Source: Endomicrobiaceae bacterium (GTDB taxonomy: Bacteria; Elusimicrobiota; Endomicrobiia; Endomicrobiales; Endomicrobiaceae). Taken from it: DNA of 62,011 nucleotides. The notes beneath the pieces were generated by a model, which saw nothing but the letters and a program-made list of their open reading frames with translations, was not told the origin of the DNA and did not search any database. Position 1 is the first letter of the stretch. Each line of letters opens with the position of its first letter. The position numbers and the translations under genes are program-made. Location of the stretch: assembly GCA_045586665.1 (NCBI GenBank), contig JAZNAT010000160.1, positions 1 through 62,011 of the forward strand. The letters run 5' to 3'. Positions 48,869-56,939 of this stretch are shown piece after piece.

Positions 48869-49603
48869 ATGCCGCATTTTTATATCAATCCGCAGAATAT
48901 AAAAAACAATACTTTCACGGTTGAAGGTGAACAGTTTCATTATCTTACAAACGTGCGCAGGTTTCATGAAGGTGAAGAAATAAATATATTTGACGGGCTC
49001 GGCAATTGTTATAAAGCAAGAATAGATACCGTCGAGAAAAAAAAACTTAAGGGTACCTTTTTATCTTCAAAAACTTTTATTCCGCCGGAAACTGACGTTT
49101 GTTTATATACTGCAATTGCCAAGGGTGAACGATTTGACTGGCTTATAGAAAAAGCTTCGGAAATAGGAATATCAAAAATAGTTCCGGTAATATATTTAAG
49201 AAGCAGCTTGACGGATTTTTCGCCAAACAAACTTGAACGATACAAAAAAATATCCATATCCGCAAGTTCTCAATCATGGCGCGGTGATATTATGACTATA
49301 GAGATGCCCGTAAAATTTTACGATGCGGTTGAAAAATTGTCAAATAAAAAAGATACGTTGAATATTGTTCCGTGGGAAAGCGAACAAAATATTGGTATTA
49401 TTGAACTGCTGAAAGAAAATAAAATTTTAAAAAATATAAATATTTTTATAGGTCCCGAAGGCGGGTTTGATAATAAAGAGATAGAGCTTGCATTAAAAAA
49501 TAATTTTAAAACGGTAACGCTCGGCAAAAATATTTTAAGAGTTGAAACTGCCGCTATCGTTTCTGCTAGCATCGTAACTGCAGCCGGATGGTTGAAAAGT
49601 TGA
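48869..49603 (+). CDS. rsmE: 16S rRNA (uracil1498-N3)-methyltransferase
   Basis: 'HYLTNVRR', 'KGERFDWLIEKASEIG', 'IGPEGGF...E', 'LG..ILR.ETA'. Confidence 0.85.
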   Translation: MPHFYINPQNIKNNTFTVEGEQFHYLTNVRRFHEGEEINIFDGLGNCYKARIDTVEKKKLKGTFLSSKTFIPPETDVCLYTAIAKGERFDWLIEKASEIGISKIVPVIYLRSSLTDFSPNKLERYKKISISASSQSWRGDIMTIEMPVKFYDAVEKLSNKKDTLNIVPWESEQNIGIIELLKENKILKNINIFIGPEGGFDNKEIELALKNNFKTVTLGKNILRVETAAIVSASIVTAAGWLKS

Positions 49604-49622
49604 AAAGTTTAAGAGTTGTCAT
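49591..49622 (+). repeat. octamer-period direct repeat GTTGAAAA / GTTGAAAA / GTTTAAGA / GTTGTCAT spanning the rsmE stop codon
   Basis: GTTG/GTTT recurs at 49591, 49599, 49607 and 49615. The rsmE TGA (49601-49603) lies inside unit 2. Confidence 0.8.
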
Positions 49623-49705
49623 TATATTCAAATCGAAGCAATCCGTTCCGTTGTCGTTACCGTTAGTCGTTAGTTTGTCATTGTTGATATAAAAAATTAA
49701 AAAAC

Positions 49706-50854
49706 ATGAAAAATTTATATATTTACACTTTCGGTTGTAAAATAAATCAGTACGAAAGTCAGATTATAAGAGAAAGATATTGTTTGAAAGATTACGTATG
49801 TACGGATACTTTTGAAAATGCCGACGTAATTATAGTAAATTCCTGTTCGGTTACTGCTCATGCCGACAAACAATGTGAACAAATAATAAAAAAATTCCAT
49901 ACTCAAAATGATAAAGCAAGAATTATATTGACCGGTTGTTTTGCTAAAGTATCAAAAGAAAAAATACTGCAAAAATTCCCTTTTATTGAAATAACAATGA
50001 AAGAAGATCTTTTAAAAGGTATCGAACAAAGAATAAAAACTTTCGATAATCATTCAAGAGCTTTTATAAAAATTCAAGACGGATGTAACAGTTTTTGTTC
50101 CTATTGTATAGTTCCTTACGCAAGAAATATTATGTGGTCAAAACCCGTAGATAGAATAATTGAAGAAATAAACAATTTAACCGATATGGGCTACAGTGAA
50201 ATTGTTCTTACGGGAATACACATAGGCAAATATGATAAAGGCATATCGTATCTTTTATCGCAAATATATAAAAATATAAATAAACTCTTCAGAATAAGGT
50301 TGTCTTCGATAGAAGTTAACGAAATAACCGACGAACTTATAGAGATAATGAAAACCGAAAAAGAAAGATTTTGCCATCATTTACATATACCTTTACAATC
50401 GGCTTCCGACGCCGTTTTAAAAGATATGAACAGAAAATATTTATCTGAAGATTTTTTAGATAAAATAAATCTGCTTAAAAAGGATTTTACGGATATTGCA
50501 TTAACGACGGATATCATTTGCGGTTTTCCTACCGAAACCGATGAAGATTTTGATATTACGTACAACTTTTTAAAATATAATGAATTTGCAAGGCTGCATG
50601 TGTTTCCTTTTTCTCCGAGACAAGGCACCGAAGCTTATTCTATAAAACAAGTTTATAAGAACGGACAAGCAAAGGTAAGGACAGATAGTCTTTTAAATTT
50701 AAGTAAAGAATTGGAACAAAAATATTTTAACAGATTTTTAGGTACTAAAAGAAAAGCAGTTTCGTTAAGAGGCAATAAAGCTTTAACCGACAATTATTTG
50801 ACGATAGAAAATATAAAAAAACATAGCGGCATATTTGAAGTTGAAGTAAAGTAG
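49706..50854 (+). CDS. mtaB: radical-SAM methylthiotransferase, MtaB-like
   Basis: N-terminal 'YTFGCKINQYES' (UPF0004 Cys), radical-SAM 'CNSFCSYC', 'FPTETDEDF'. 382 aa. Confidence 0.8.
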   Translation: MKNLYIYTFGCKINQYESQIIRERYCLKDYVCTDTFENADVIIVNSCSVTAHADKQCEQIIKKFHTQNDKARIILTGCFAKVSKEKILQKFPFIEITMKEDLLKGIEQRIKTFDNHSRAFIKIQDGCNSFCSYCIVPYARNIMWSKPVDRIIEEINNLTDMGYSEIVLTGIHIGKYDKGISYLLSQIYKNINKLFRIRLSSIEVNEITDELIEIMKTEKERFCHHLHIPLQSASDAVLKDMNRKYLSEDFLDKINLLKKDFTDIALTTDIICGFPTETDEDFDITYNFLKYNEFARLHVFPFSPRQGTEAYSIKQVYKNGQAKVRTDSLLNLSKELEQKYFNRFLGTKRKAVSLRGNKALTDNYLTIENIKKHSGIFEVEVK

Positions 50855-50919
50855 TCCGAATTTTTTACCCCTTCGGTTGTTTGGCTTTTTAATAAAAATA
50901 CGCAAAGCGATTTTTTCGT

Positions 50920-50948
50920 TTGACAATAAAATCATATTTTTATAACAT
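50920..50948 (+). promoter_or_regulatory. candidate promoter of gap
   Basis: TTGACA (50920-50925), 17 nt, TAACAT (50943-50948). Lies 66 nt upstream of the ATG. Confidence 0.4.
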
Positions 50949-51014
50949 TTAAACCGATAATTAAATAAAAAAACCGACAGGTTATTTTATAATTTATTAA
51001 CGGAGGCAAGTAAA

Positions 51015-52085
51015 ATGGCAGTTAAAGTTGCGATTAACGGATTCGGAAGAATCGGAAGATTGGCATTCAGACAAATGTTCGGCGCAAAAGGATATGAAAT
51101 TGTTGCTATCAACGATTTGACAAGTCCTAAGATGTTGGCTCACTTATTGAAGTACGATTCTGCACAAGGCGGATATTGCGGTAAATTCGGTGAAAATCTT
51201 CACACGGTATCATTCAAAGAAGCCGTTATGGCTGAAGACGGAAAAACGGTAAAAGTTCCCGGTGCAATCATAGTAGACGGAAAAGAAATTACAATCTATG
51301 CAATGCCTAAAGCAAACGAATTACCTTGGGGAAAACTCGGCGTTGACGTAGTTTTGGAATGTACGGGTTTCTATACGGCAAAAGCAAAAGCACAAGCTCA
51401 TATTGATGCAGGTGCTAAAAAAGTTGTTATTTCCGCTCCTGCAGGAAATGACTTGCCTACAATCGTTTACAATGTAAACCACAAAACATTGACAAAAGAA
51501 GATAAAATCATATCTGCAGCTTCTTGTACGACAAACTGCTTGGCACCTATGACAAAAGCTTTGAACGATTATGCTCCTATACAATCTGGTATTATGACAA
51601 CAGTTCATGCTTATACCGGAGACCAAATGATTCTCGACGGTCCGCAAAGAAAAGGTGATGTTCAAAGAGCAAGAGCAGGTGCAATAAACATTGTTCCTAA
51701 CTCAACCGGTGCTGCAAAAGCTATCGGTTTGGTTATTCCTGAACTTAACGGAAAATTAATCGGTGCTGCACAAAGAGTTCCTACGGCAACAGGTTCAACA
51801 ACGATTCTTCATGCAGTAGTTAAAGGTAAAGACGTTACCGTTGAAGGAATTAATGCCGCTATGAAAGCACAAGCAAACGAATCATTCGGTTATACCGAAG
51901 AAAAACTCGTTTCTTCCGATATTATAGGAATGAAATTCGGTTCATTGTTTGATGCAAACCAAACGATGGTTGCAAAAATTGACGACGAAACGTACCAGGT
52001 TCAAGTTGTTTCTTGGTATGATAACGAAAACAGCTATACAAGCCAAATGGTCAGAACGATTAAGTATTTGGCAGAATTGAACTAA
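51015..52085 (+). CDS. gap: glyceraldehyde-3-phosphate dehydrogenase
   Basis: 'INGFGRIGR', active site '[12 protein letters not shown]', 'WYDNE'. Confidence 0.95.
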   Translation: MAVKVAINGFGRIGRLAFRQMFGAKGYEIVAINDLTSPKMLAHLLKYDSAQGGYCGKFGENLHTVSFKEAVMAEDGKTVKVPGAIIVDGKEITIYAMPKANELPWGKLGVDVVLECTGFYTAKAKAQAHIDAGAKKVVISAPAGNDLPTIVYNVNHKTLTKEDKIISAASCTTNCLAPMTKALNDYAPIQSGIMTTVHAYTGDQMILDGPQRKGDVQRARAGAINIVPNSTGAAKAIGLVIPELNGKLIGAAQRVPTATGSTTILHAVVKGKDVTVEGINAAMKAQANESFGYTEEKLVSSDIIGMKFGSLFDANQTMVAKIDDETYQVQVVSWYDNENSYTSQMVRTIKYLAELN

Positions 52086-52130
52086 AACAAATCGTTTCGC
52101 GATTTGTTGAGGGATAGATGTAAAGAGTAA

Positions 52131-52179
52131 TAGAGGTATGGAAACGGCGATAGTAAGTTTCGATACCTCTATAATTTTT
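52131..52179 (+). terminator. interrupted hairpin plus T run between gap and pgk (attenuator or terminator candidate)
   Basis: TAGAGGTAT-G-GAAAC / GTTTC-G-ATACCTCTA (9 + 5 bp with a 1x1 mismatch), followed by ATAATTTTT. A separate 9-bp hairpin, AACAAATCG/CGATTTGTT, lies at 52086-52108. Confidence 0.5.
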
Positions 52180-52190
52180 AAAATCAAATT

Positions 52191-52222
52191 TTCCATGCAT
52201 CCATACCTCCATACTTCCATAC
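52191..52222 (+). repeat. octamer-period direct repeat: TCCATGC, then TCCATAC x3 (a 7-mer plus 1 nt)
   Basis: Units are ttCCATGC, atCCATAC, ctCCATAC and ttCCATAC, at 52191, 52199, 52207 and 52215. Confidence 0.85.
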
Positions 52223-52261
52223 ATCAAAATTTGCAAAGCAAATTTTAATAAGGAGATAAAA

Positions 52262-53509
52262 ATGTTAAATAAGAAAACCGTAGATGATTTAAAAGATATT
52301 GCAGGTAAAAAAGTTTTGGTAAGATGCGACTTCAATGTTCCTTTAAAACAGGGTGTAATTCAAAATTATAAAAGAATAGATGCCGCTCTTCCTACAATAA
52401 AAAAATTGTTGGAACAAAAAGCAAAAGTTATTCTTTGTTCTCATATGGGAAAACCTAAAGGAGAACCTTTACCTGAACTTTCTTTGGCACCCGTTGCCGT
52501 TGCTTTAAGTGAAAGATTGGGTGTAACCGTAAAATTTGCGGACGATCCTAAAGTTACGAGCGATTCGACAAAACAAATGGCAAAAGATTTGAAAGAAGGG
52601 GAAGTTTTGTTACTTCAAAACACGAGATACAGAAAAGAAGAAACGAAACTTGAAAAAGACGAAAAAGCAATAGAGTTTGCAAAAGAGTTGGCTGCTCTTT
52701 GCGATAACGAAATCTTCGTAAACGACGCTTTCGGAACGGCTCACAGAGCACATTGTTCCAACGTCGGAGTAACAAAATTCGTTAAAGAATCCGCAGCAGG
52801 ATATTTGGTAGAAAAAGAAATTAAATTTTTGGGAGATGCTTTAAATGCTCCCGTTAAACCTTTCTTGGCAATACTCGGCGGAGCAAAAGTTTCCGATAAG
52901 ATAAATGTTATCGAAAATCTTTTGGGTAAAGTAGATGCTATTATAATCGGCGGAGCAATGGCTTATACTTTCTTAAAAGCACAAGGATATAAAACCGGAA
53001 AATCTCTCGTCGAAGAAGATAAACTTGAATTGGCAAAAGATTTGTTGAAAAAAGCCGAAAGCAAAGGTGTGAAATTCTTGTTACCTATAGATCATGTAAT
53101 AGCAACTGCGGTAGACTTTGAAAAGAAAGAAGTTCCTGCTGATGCAACTGTAAAAAATACCGACGGACTTGATATCAAAGACGGATTTATGGGTGTAGAT
53201 GCAGGTCCTAAATCGATAGAAAAATTCAGCGAAATAGTAAAATCCGCAAAAACGATAGTTTGGAACGGTCCTTTGGGGATTTTTGAAGTTGCCGAATTTT
53301 CTAAAGGAACCGTTGAAATTGCAAAACTCGTCGCAGAAGCAACGGATAAAGGTGCAATTTCCGTAGTAGGCGGAGGAGATTCCGTATCCGCTGTTAAGAA
53401 AGCGGGTGTAGATAAAAGAATTTCTCATGTGTCGACGGGCGGCGGTGCGTCGCTTGAATTTTTGGAAGGAAAAGATTTGCCTGGTATAGCGGCATTGCCA
53501 ACAAAATAA
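52262..53509 (+). CDS. pgk: phosphoglycerate kinase
   Basis: '[10 protein letters not shown]', 'SHMGKPKG', 'FGTAHRAH', 'GGGDS'. Confidence 0.95.
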   Translation: MLNKKTVDDLKDIAGKKVLVRCDFNVPLKQGVIQNYKRIDAALPTIKKLLEQKAKVILCSHMGKPKGEPLPELSLAPVAVALSERLGVTVKFADDPKVTSDSTKQMAKDLKEGEVLLLQNTRYRKEETKLEKDEKAIEFAKELAALCDNEIFVNDAFGTAHRAHCSNVGVTKFVKESAAGYLVEKEIKFLGDALNAPVKPFLAILGGAKVSDKINVIENLLGKVDAIIIGGAMAYTFLKAQGYKTGKSLVEEDKLELAKDLLKKAESKGVKFLLPIDHVIATAVDFEKKEVPADATVKNTDGLDIKDGFMGVDAGPKSIEKFSEIVKSAKTIVWNGPLGIFEVAEFSKGTVEIAKLVAEATDKGAISVVGGGDSVSAVKKAGVDKRISHVSTGGGASLEFLEGKDLPGIAALPTK

Positions 53510-53522
53510 TTTTTTTGTATAA

Positions 53523-53555
53523 TTGTGTCCTGCAAAATATTTTTGCAGGACACAA
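53523..53555 (+). terminator. perfect 15-bp hairpin after pgk (no downstream U tract)
   Basis: TTGTGTCCTGCAAAA-TAT-TTTTGCAGGACACAA. A T run lies upstream and an A run downstream, so it is not a canonical plus-strand intrinsic terminator. Confidence 0.5.
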
Positions 53556-53564
53556 CAAAAAAAC

Positions 53565-53593
53565 TTGCAAAAAAAAATTTTTTTTAGTATAAT
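53565..53593 (+). promoter_or_regulatory. sigma-70-type promoter of secG and the two tRNAs
   Basis: TTGCAA (53565-53570), 17 nt, TATAAT (53588-53593). Confidence 0.6.
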
Positions 53594-53602
53594 ACAATAA
53601 TT

Positions 53603-53908
53603 ATGATACTTTACTACATAGTAATAACGTTACATTTTATAGTTTGTGCGGCATTAATAATTATAGTTCTTCTTCAAGCTGGTAAAAGTGGTGGTATGGC
53701 AGGTATTTTTGGCGGCGGAGGGTCTGACCAGATTTTCAGTGCTCCAAGCGGTATGGCGTTTATAAAAAAAGTTACTGTAGGTTGTGCCGTAGTTTTTATG
53801 GTAACATCTCTTACTTTAACTTTAATGTCAACCAGAGTAAGCATGAAATCCGTTATAGACCAGGTTTCAAATATACCTATAGCTGCTTCTCAGCAGGCTG
53901 ATAAATAG
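53603..53908 (+). CDS. secG: preprotein translocase subunit SecG
   Basis: 101 aa with two TM helices. 'LLQAGKSGGMAG.FGGGGS' signature. Confidence 0.9.
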   Translation: MILYYIVITLHFIVCAALIIIVLLQAGKSGGMAGIFGGGGSDQIFSAPSGMAFIKKVTVGCAVVFMVTSLTLTLMSTRVSMKSVIDQVSNIPIAASQQADK

Positions 53909-53917
53909 TAGTAGGTT

Positions 53918-53999
53918 GCTGGGGTGGCGGAACTGGCATACGCGCACGCTTGAGGTGCGTGTCCTTAACCGGGTACGGGTTCAATTCCCGTCCCCAGCA
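53918..53999 (+). tRNA. tRNA-Leu (anticodon GAG)
   Basis: 82 nt. Acceptor GCTGGGG/CCCCAGC, anticodon stem CACGC/GCGTG with loop TTGAGGT, long variable arm, T arm ACGGG-TTCAATT-CCCGT. Confidence 0.9.
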
Positions 54000-54017
54000 T
54001 AACTTTAAAGCAAAATT

Positions 54018-54089
54018 GCGGGCATAGCTCAGCGGTAGAGCGTCTCGTTGCCAACGAGAATGTCGTGGGTTCAAGTCCCATTGCCCGCT
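54018..54089 (+). tRNA. tRNA-Gly (anticodon GCC)
   Basis: 72 nt. Acceptor GCGGGCA/TGCCCGC, D arm GCTC-AGCGGTA-GAGC, anticodon stem TCTCG/CGAGA with loop TTGCCAA, T arm GTGGG-TTCAAGT-CCCAT. Confidence 0.9.
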
Positions 54090-54107
54090 CTTGAATATTA
54101 AATTAAA

Positions 54108-54137
54108 ATCCTGTCTTTATAAGACGGGATTTTTTTT
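54108..54137 (+). terminator. rho-independent terminator after tRNA-Gly
   Basis: Stem ATCCTGTCTT / AAGACGGGAT (one G-U pair) followed by TTTTTTTT. Confidence 0.8.
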
Positions 54138-54238
54138 GTTTGGATAAGAATAATCTTTTTCATTTTTTCTGCCGTATTATAGTTAAAAATTATCTTGTTT
54201 TCCGGTTTTTAAAAATATAAATTTTTTTTGTGAAAATA

Positions 54239-54267
54239 TTGAAAATGCGGATAGTTTTTTATATAAT
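54239..54267 (+). promoter_or_regulatory. sigma-70-type promoter of ndk
   Basis: TTGAAA (54239-54244), 17 nt, TATAAT (54262-54267). The palindrome ATTGAT-TGTT-ATCAAT lies just downstream. Confidence 0.55.
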
Positions 54268-54352
54268 ATATTGATTGTTATCAATGATGGTTTTAAATTG
54301 TGGCAATCAAGCTGCAATTTTTTTTATTTTATATTTTTTTCAGGAGATAAAA

Positions 54353-54865
54353 ATGGCAATAGAATATGCTTTGATTTTAATAAAACCCGACGGTGTTAAA
54401 AAATCTTTAACGGGAAACGTTTTATCCAAACTTTCTCAAACCGGTTTTCATATTATAGGTTCAAAAGTTTTAAAAGTTTCAAGAGAACTTGCAAGCCGAC
54501 ATTATCAACATCTTAAAGATAAACCTTTTTTTGAAGGAGTTATAGATTATATTCAAGGTAAAACTTTCGGCGGTGCACCCTATGACAGAGTTTTTGCTTT
54601 CGTTTATAAAGGAGAAAATGCGATAGCCGAATTGAGAGAAATAGTCGGTGCTACAAACCCCGAAAGTGCCGAACCTACGACGATAAGAGGTTCTTACGGA
54701 AGAATTTCAAAAGACGGAACTATGGAAAACGTAGTTCATTGTTCTTCCGATATTGCGGATGCAAAAAGAGAAATACAGCTTTGGTTTAATCCGAACGAAT
54801 TGACGGAAGAAATTTATCCGACGAAAAAAGAAACTGTAACGGAAGAAAAACAAGTTTGGGCTTAA
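54353..54865 (+). CDS. ndk: nucleoside diphosphate kinase
   Basis: 'LILIKPDG', 'HY..L..KPFF', 'GATNP', active-site His in 'NVVHCSSD'. Start at ATG 54353 after AGGAG (track ORF 54275 trimmed). Confidence 0.85.
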   Translation: MAIEYALILIKPDGVKKSLTGNVLSKLSQTGFHIIGSKVLKVSRELASRHYQHLKDKPFFEGVIDYIQGKTFGGAPYDRVFAFVYKGENAIAELREIVGATNPESAEPTTIRGSYGRISKDGTMENVVHCSSDIADAKREIQLWFNPNELTEEIYPTKKETVTEEKQVWA

Positions 54866-55001
54866 AAGCTGCTTATGAGCTGATAAGGTGCGTTGTTGAA
54901 CGTTAAACTGAAAAGTTGTAACAACGGTTTGGAGTTGAAGGAATAGAGCTGAGAGTTTAGTGTAAATATAAAAAAGTTAAATAGAGGAGAAAAGAGATAA
55001 A

Positions 55002-56765
55002 ATGAAAACACCTTTACAAAAATGGGTTGACGAACAAATTGAGTTAATGCAGCCGGATGAAGTATATTGGATGGACGGTTCCGAAGAAGAAGGAAAAAGA
55101 TTGACCGAAATAGCGGAAAAAGAACAAATCGACGGTCATCCCGTTTTGGAAAAGTTAAATCAAGACGAGTTCCACGGAGCATATTGGCATAGGTCAAATC
55201 CTAACGATGTTGCAAGAACAGAACAATTGACATTTATTTGTTTACCTAACAAAGAAGATGCCGGTCCTAACAACAACTGGATGGATCCTGCAGAAGCAAA
55301 AACAAAATTAAACTCTCTTTTTAAAGGTTGTATGAAAGGAAGAACTATGTATGTAATTCCTTTTCTTATGGGTAACCCGAAATCTCCTTATTCAAAATGT
55401 TGTGTGGAAGTTACCGATTCAGTTTATGTTGCAATAAGTATGAGAATTATGACAAGAACCGGAAAAGTTGCAATAGATAAAATAGGTAACTCTTCGGACT
55501 TTTTCAAAGGTATGCACTCTATCGGTGATGTTAATCCTGAAAGAAGATATATTATGCATTTTCCGCAGGAAAATCTCGTTATGAGTTTCGGCTCAGGTTA
55601 CGGCGGAAACGCTTTGCTCGGTAAAAAATGCTGCTCGTTAAGAATAGGTTCTTATTTGGGATATAAAGAGGGTTGGCTTGCAGAACATATGATTATTATC
55701 GGAGTAGAAGATCCTAAAGGTAAAAAAACTTACTTTTTAGGCTCGTTTCCTTCCGCATGCGGAAAAACAAATCTTGCATTGTTAAACCCTGTTTTAAAAG
55801 GATATAAAGTTTGGACATTGGGTGACGATATTGCTTGGATAAATGTCGGTCCCGACGGAAGACTTTATGCAATGAACCCTGAAATGGGCTTTTTCGGCGT
55901 AGCACCGGGAACAGGTAAAAATACAAACCCTATAATGGTAGAAACTTTAAAAAATAATAAATTCTTCCCTACATTGTATACAAATACTGCGGTTAATGCA
56001 GACGACAATACACCGTGGTGGGAAGGATATTCGCAAACTCCTGAAAACTTAATCGATTGGCACGGCAAAAAATACGATAAAAATTCAGGTGATGTTGCGG
56101 CACACAAAAATTCAAGATTTACAGTCTCGACATATAACTGTCCGACACTTGCAAAAGAGTTTGACGATCCGCAAGGTGTACCTATTTCAGGTATAATTTT
56201 CGGAGGAAGAAGAAAATCCACAATTCCTTTGGTATACGAAAGTACAAGTTGGGAAAACGGTGTATTTGATGCATCCATTATAGGTTCGGAAACTACGGCA
56301 GCCGCTGCAGGAAAACTCGGTGCCGTTAGACGTGATCCGATGTCGATGCTTCCTTTCTGCGGTTATAACATGGGCGACTATTTCGCACATTGGTTAAGTT
56401 TTGCCAAAAGAGCAAAAACTTTACCTAAAATATTTATGGTTAACTGGTTTAGAAAAGATGAAGACGGCAGCTATATGTGGCCGGGTTTCAGAGACAATTC
56501 CAGAGTGCTTAAATGGATGATAGACAGAATCGAAGGTAAAGTTGATGCCGAAGAAAAAGAGTTGGGTCTTTTCCCGAAAATAGAAGATTTGGATTTGTCC
56601 GGGCTTGACATATCAAAAGAAACTTTGGAAAAATTGTTTAAAGTTTCCAAAGAAGAATGGCAAAACGAAATTCCTTTGATTGAAGAATTTTATGCGAAAT
56701 TCGGTGATAGGTTGCCGAAAGAATTAAGAAAACAGCTTGACGATTTAAAGGCCAAGTTTAAATAG
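55002..56765 (+). CDS. pckG: phosphoenolpyruvate carboxykinase (GTP)
   Basis: 'GSGYGGNALLGKKC', kinase-1a 'FPSACGKTN', 'GDDIAW', 'NWFRKD'. Confidence 0.95.
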   Translation: MKTPLQKWVDEQIELMQPDEVYWMDGSEEEGKRLTEIAEKEQIDGHPVLEKLNQDEFHGAYWHRSNPNDVARTEQLTFICLPNKEDAGPNNNWMDPAEAKTKLNSLFKGCMKGRTMYVIPFLMGNPKSPYSKCCVEVTDSVYVAISMRIMTRTGKVAIDKIGNSSDFFKGMHSIGDVNPERRYIMHFPQENLVMSFGSGYGGNALLGKKCCSLRIGSYLGYKEGWLAEHMIIIGVEDPKGKKTYFLGSFPSACGKTNLALLNPVLKGYKVWTLGDDIAWINVGPDGRLYAMNPEMGFFGVAPGTGKNTNPIMVETLKNNKFFPTLYTNTAVNADDNTPWWEGYSQTPENLIDWHGKKYDKNSGDVAAHKNSRFTVSTYNCPTLAKEFDDPQGVPISGIIFGGRRKSTIPLVYESTSWENGVFDASIIGSETTAAAAGKLGAVRRDPMSMLPFCGYNMGDYFAHWLSFAKRAKTLPKIFMVNWFRKDEDGSYMWPGFRDNSRVLKWMIDRIEGKVDAEEKELGLFPKIEDLDLSGLDISKETLEKLFKVSKEEWQNEIPLIEEFYAKFGDRLPKELRKQLDDLKAKFK

Positions 56766-56866
56766 TAATAAAGCAACAAAATAAGAAGGATAAATGGAAA
56801 AAATAAGGTATTCGGTATCACATTTTATAATTAAGTATTCGTTTGATTCAAGGATGCGAACGCGAA

Positions 56867-56927
56867 CTTGTAAATAAAAATAGTAATTGTCGTCGCAAGG
56901 CAGTATTGAACCGAATTTATTTACAAG
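56867..56927 (+). promoter_or_regulatory. perfect 12-bp stem with a 37-nt loop, ending 1 nt before the thrS Shine-Dalgarno
   Basis: CTTGTAAATAAA (56867-56878) pairs perfectly with TTTATTTACAAG (56916-56927). The GGAG SD is at 56929-56932 and the ATG at 56940. Confidence 0.5.
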
Positions 56928-56939
56928 CGGAGAAAAAAT

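Noticed and set aside
51942-52335. Two minus-strand ORFs (92 and 91 aa) covering the gap-pgk spacer.
   Set aside because: They are produced by the CCATAC repeats and hairpins ('[10 protein letters not shown]', '[11 protein letters not shown]'). They overlap the gap end and the pgk start and have no RBS.
53877-54074. Track ORF on the minus strand (65 aa, 'MNPRHSRWQRDALPL...').
   Set aside because: It lies exactly over tRNA-Leu and tRNA-Gly. It is an artefact of the GC-rich tRNA sequence.
56766-56939. T-box riboswitch upstream of thrS.
   Set aside because: I could not find the conserved T-box sequence (the AGGGTGGNACCGCG type), a specifier loop with a Thr codon in the right context, or a terminator/antiterminator pair.
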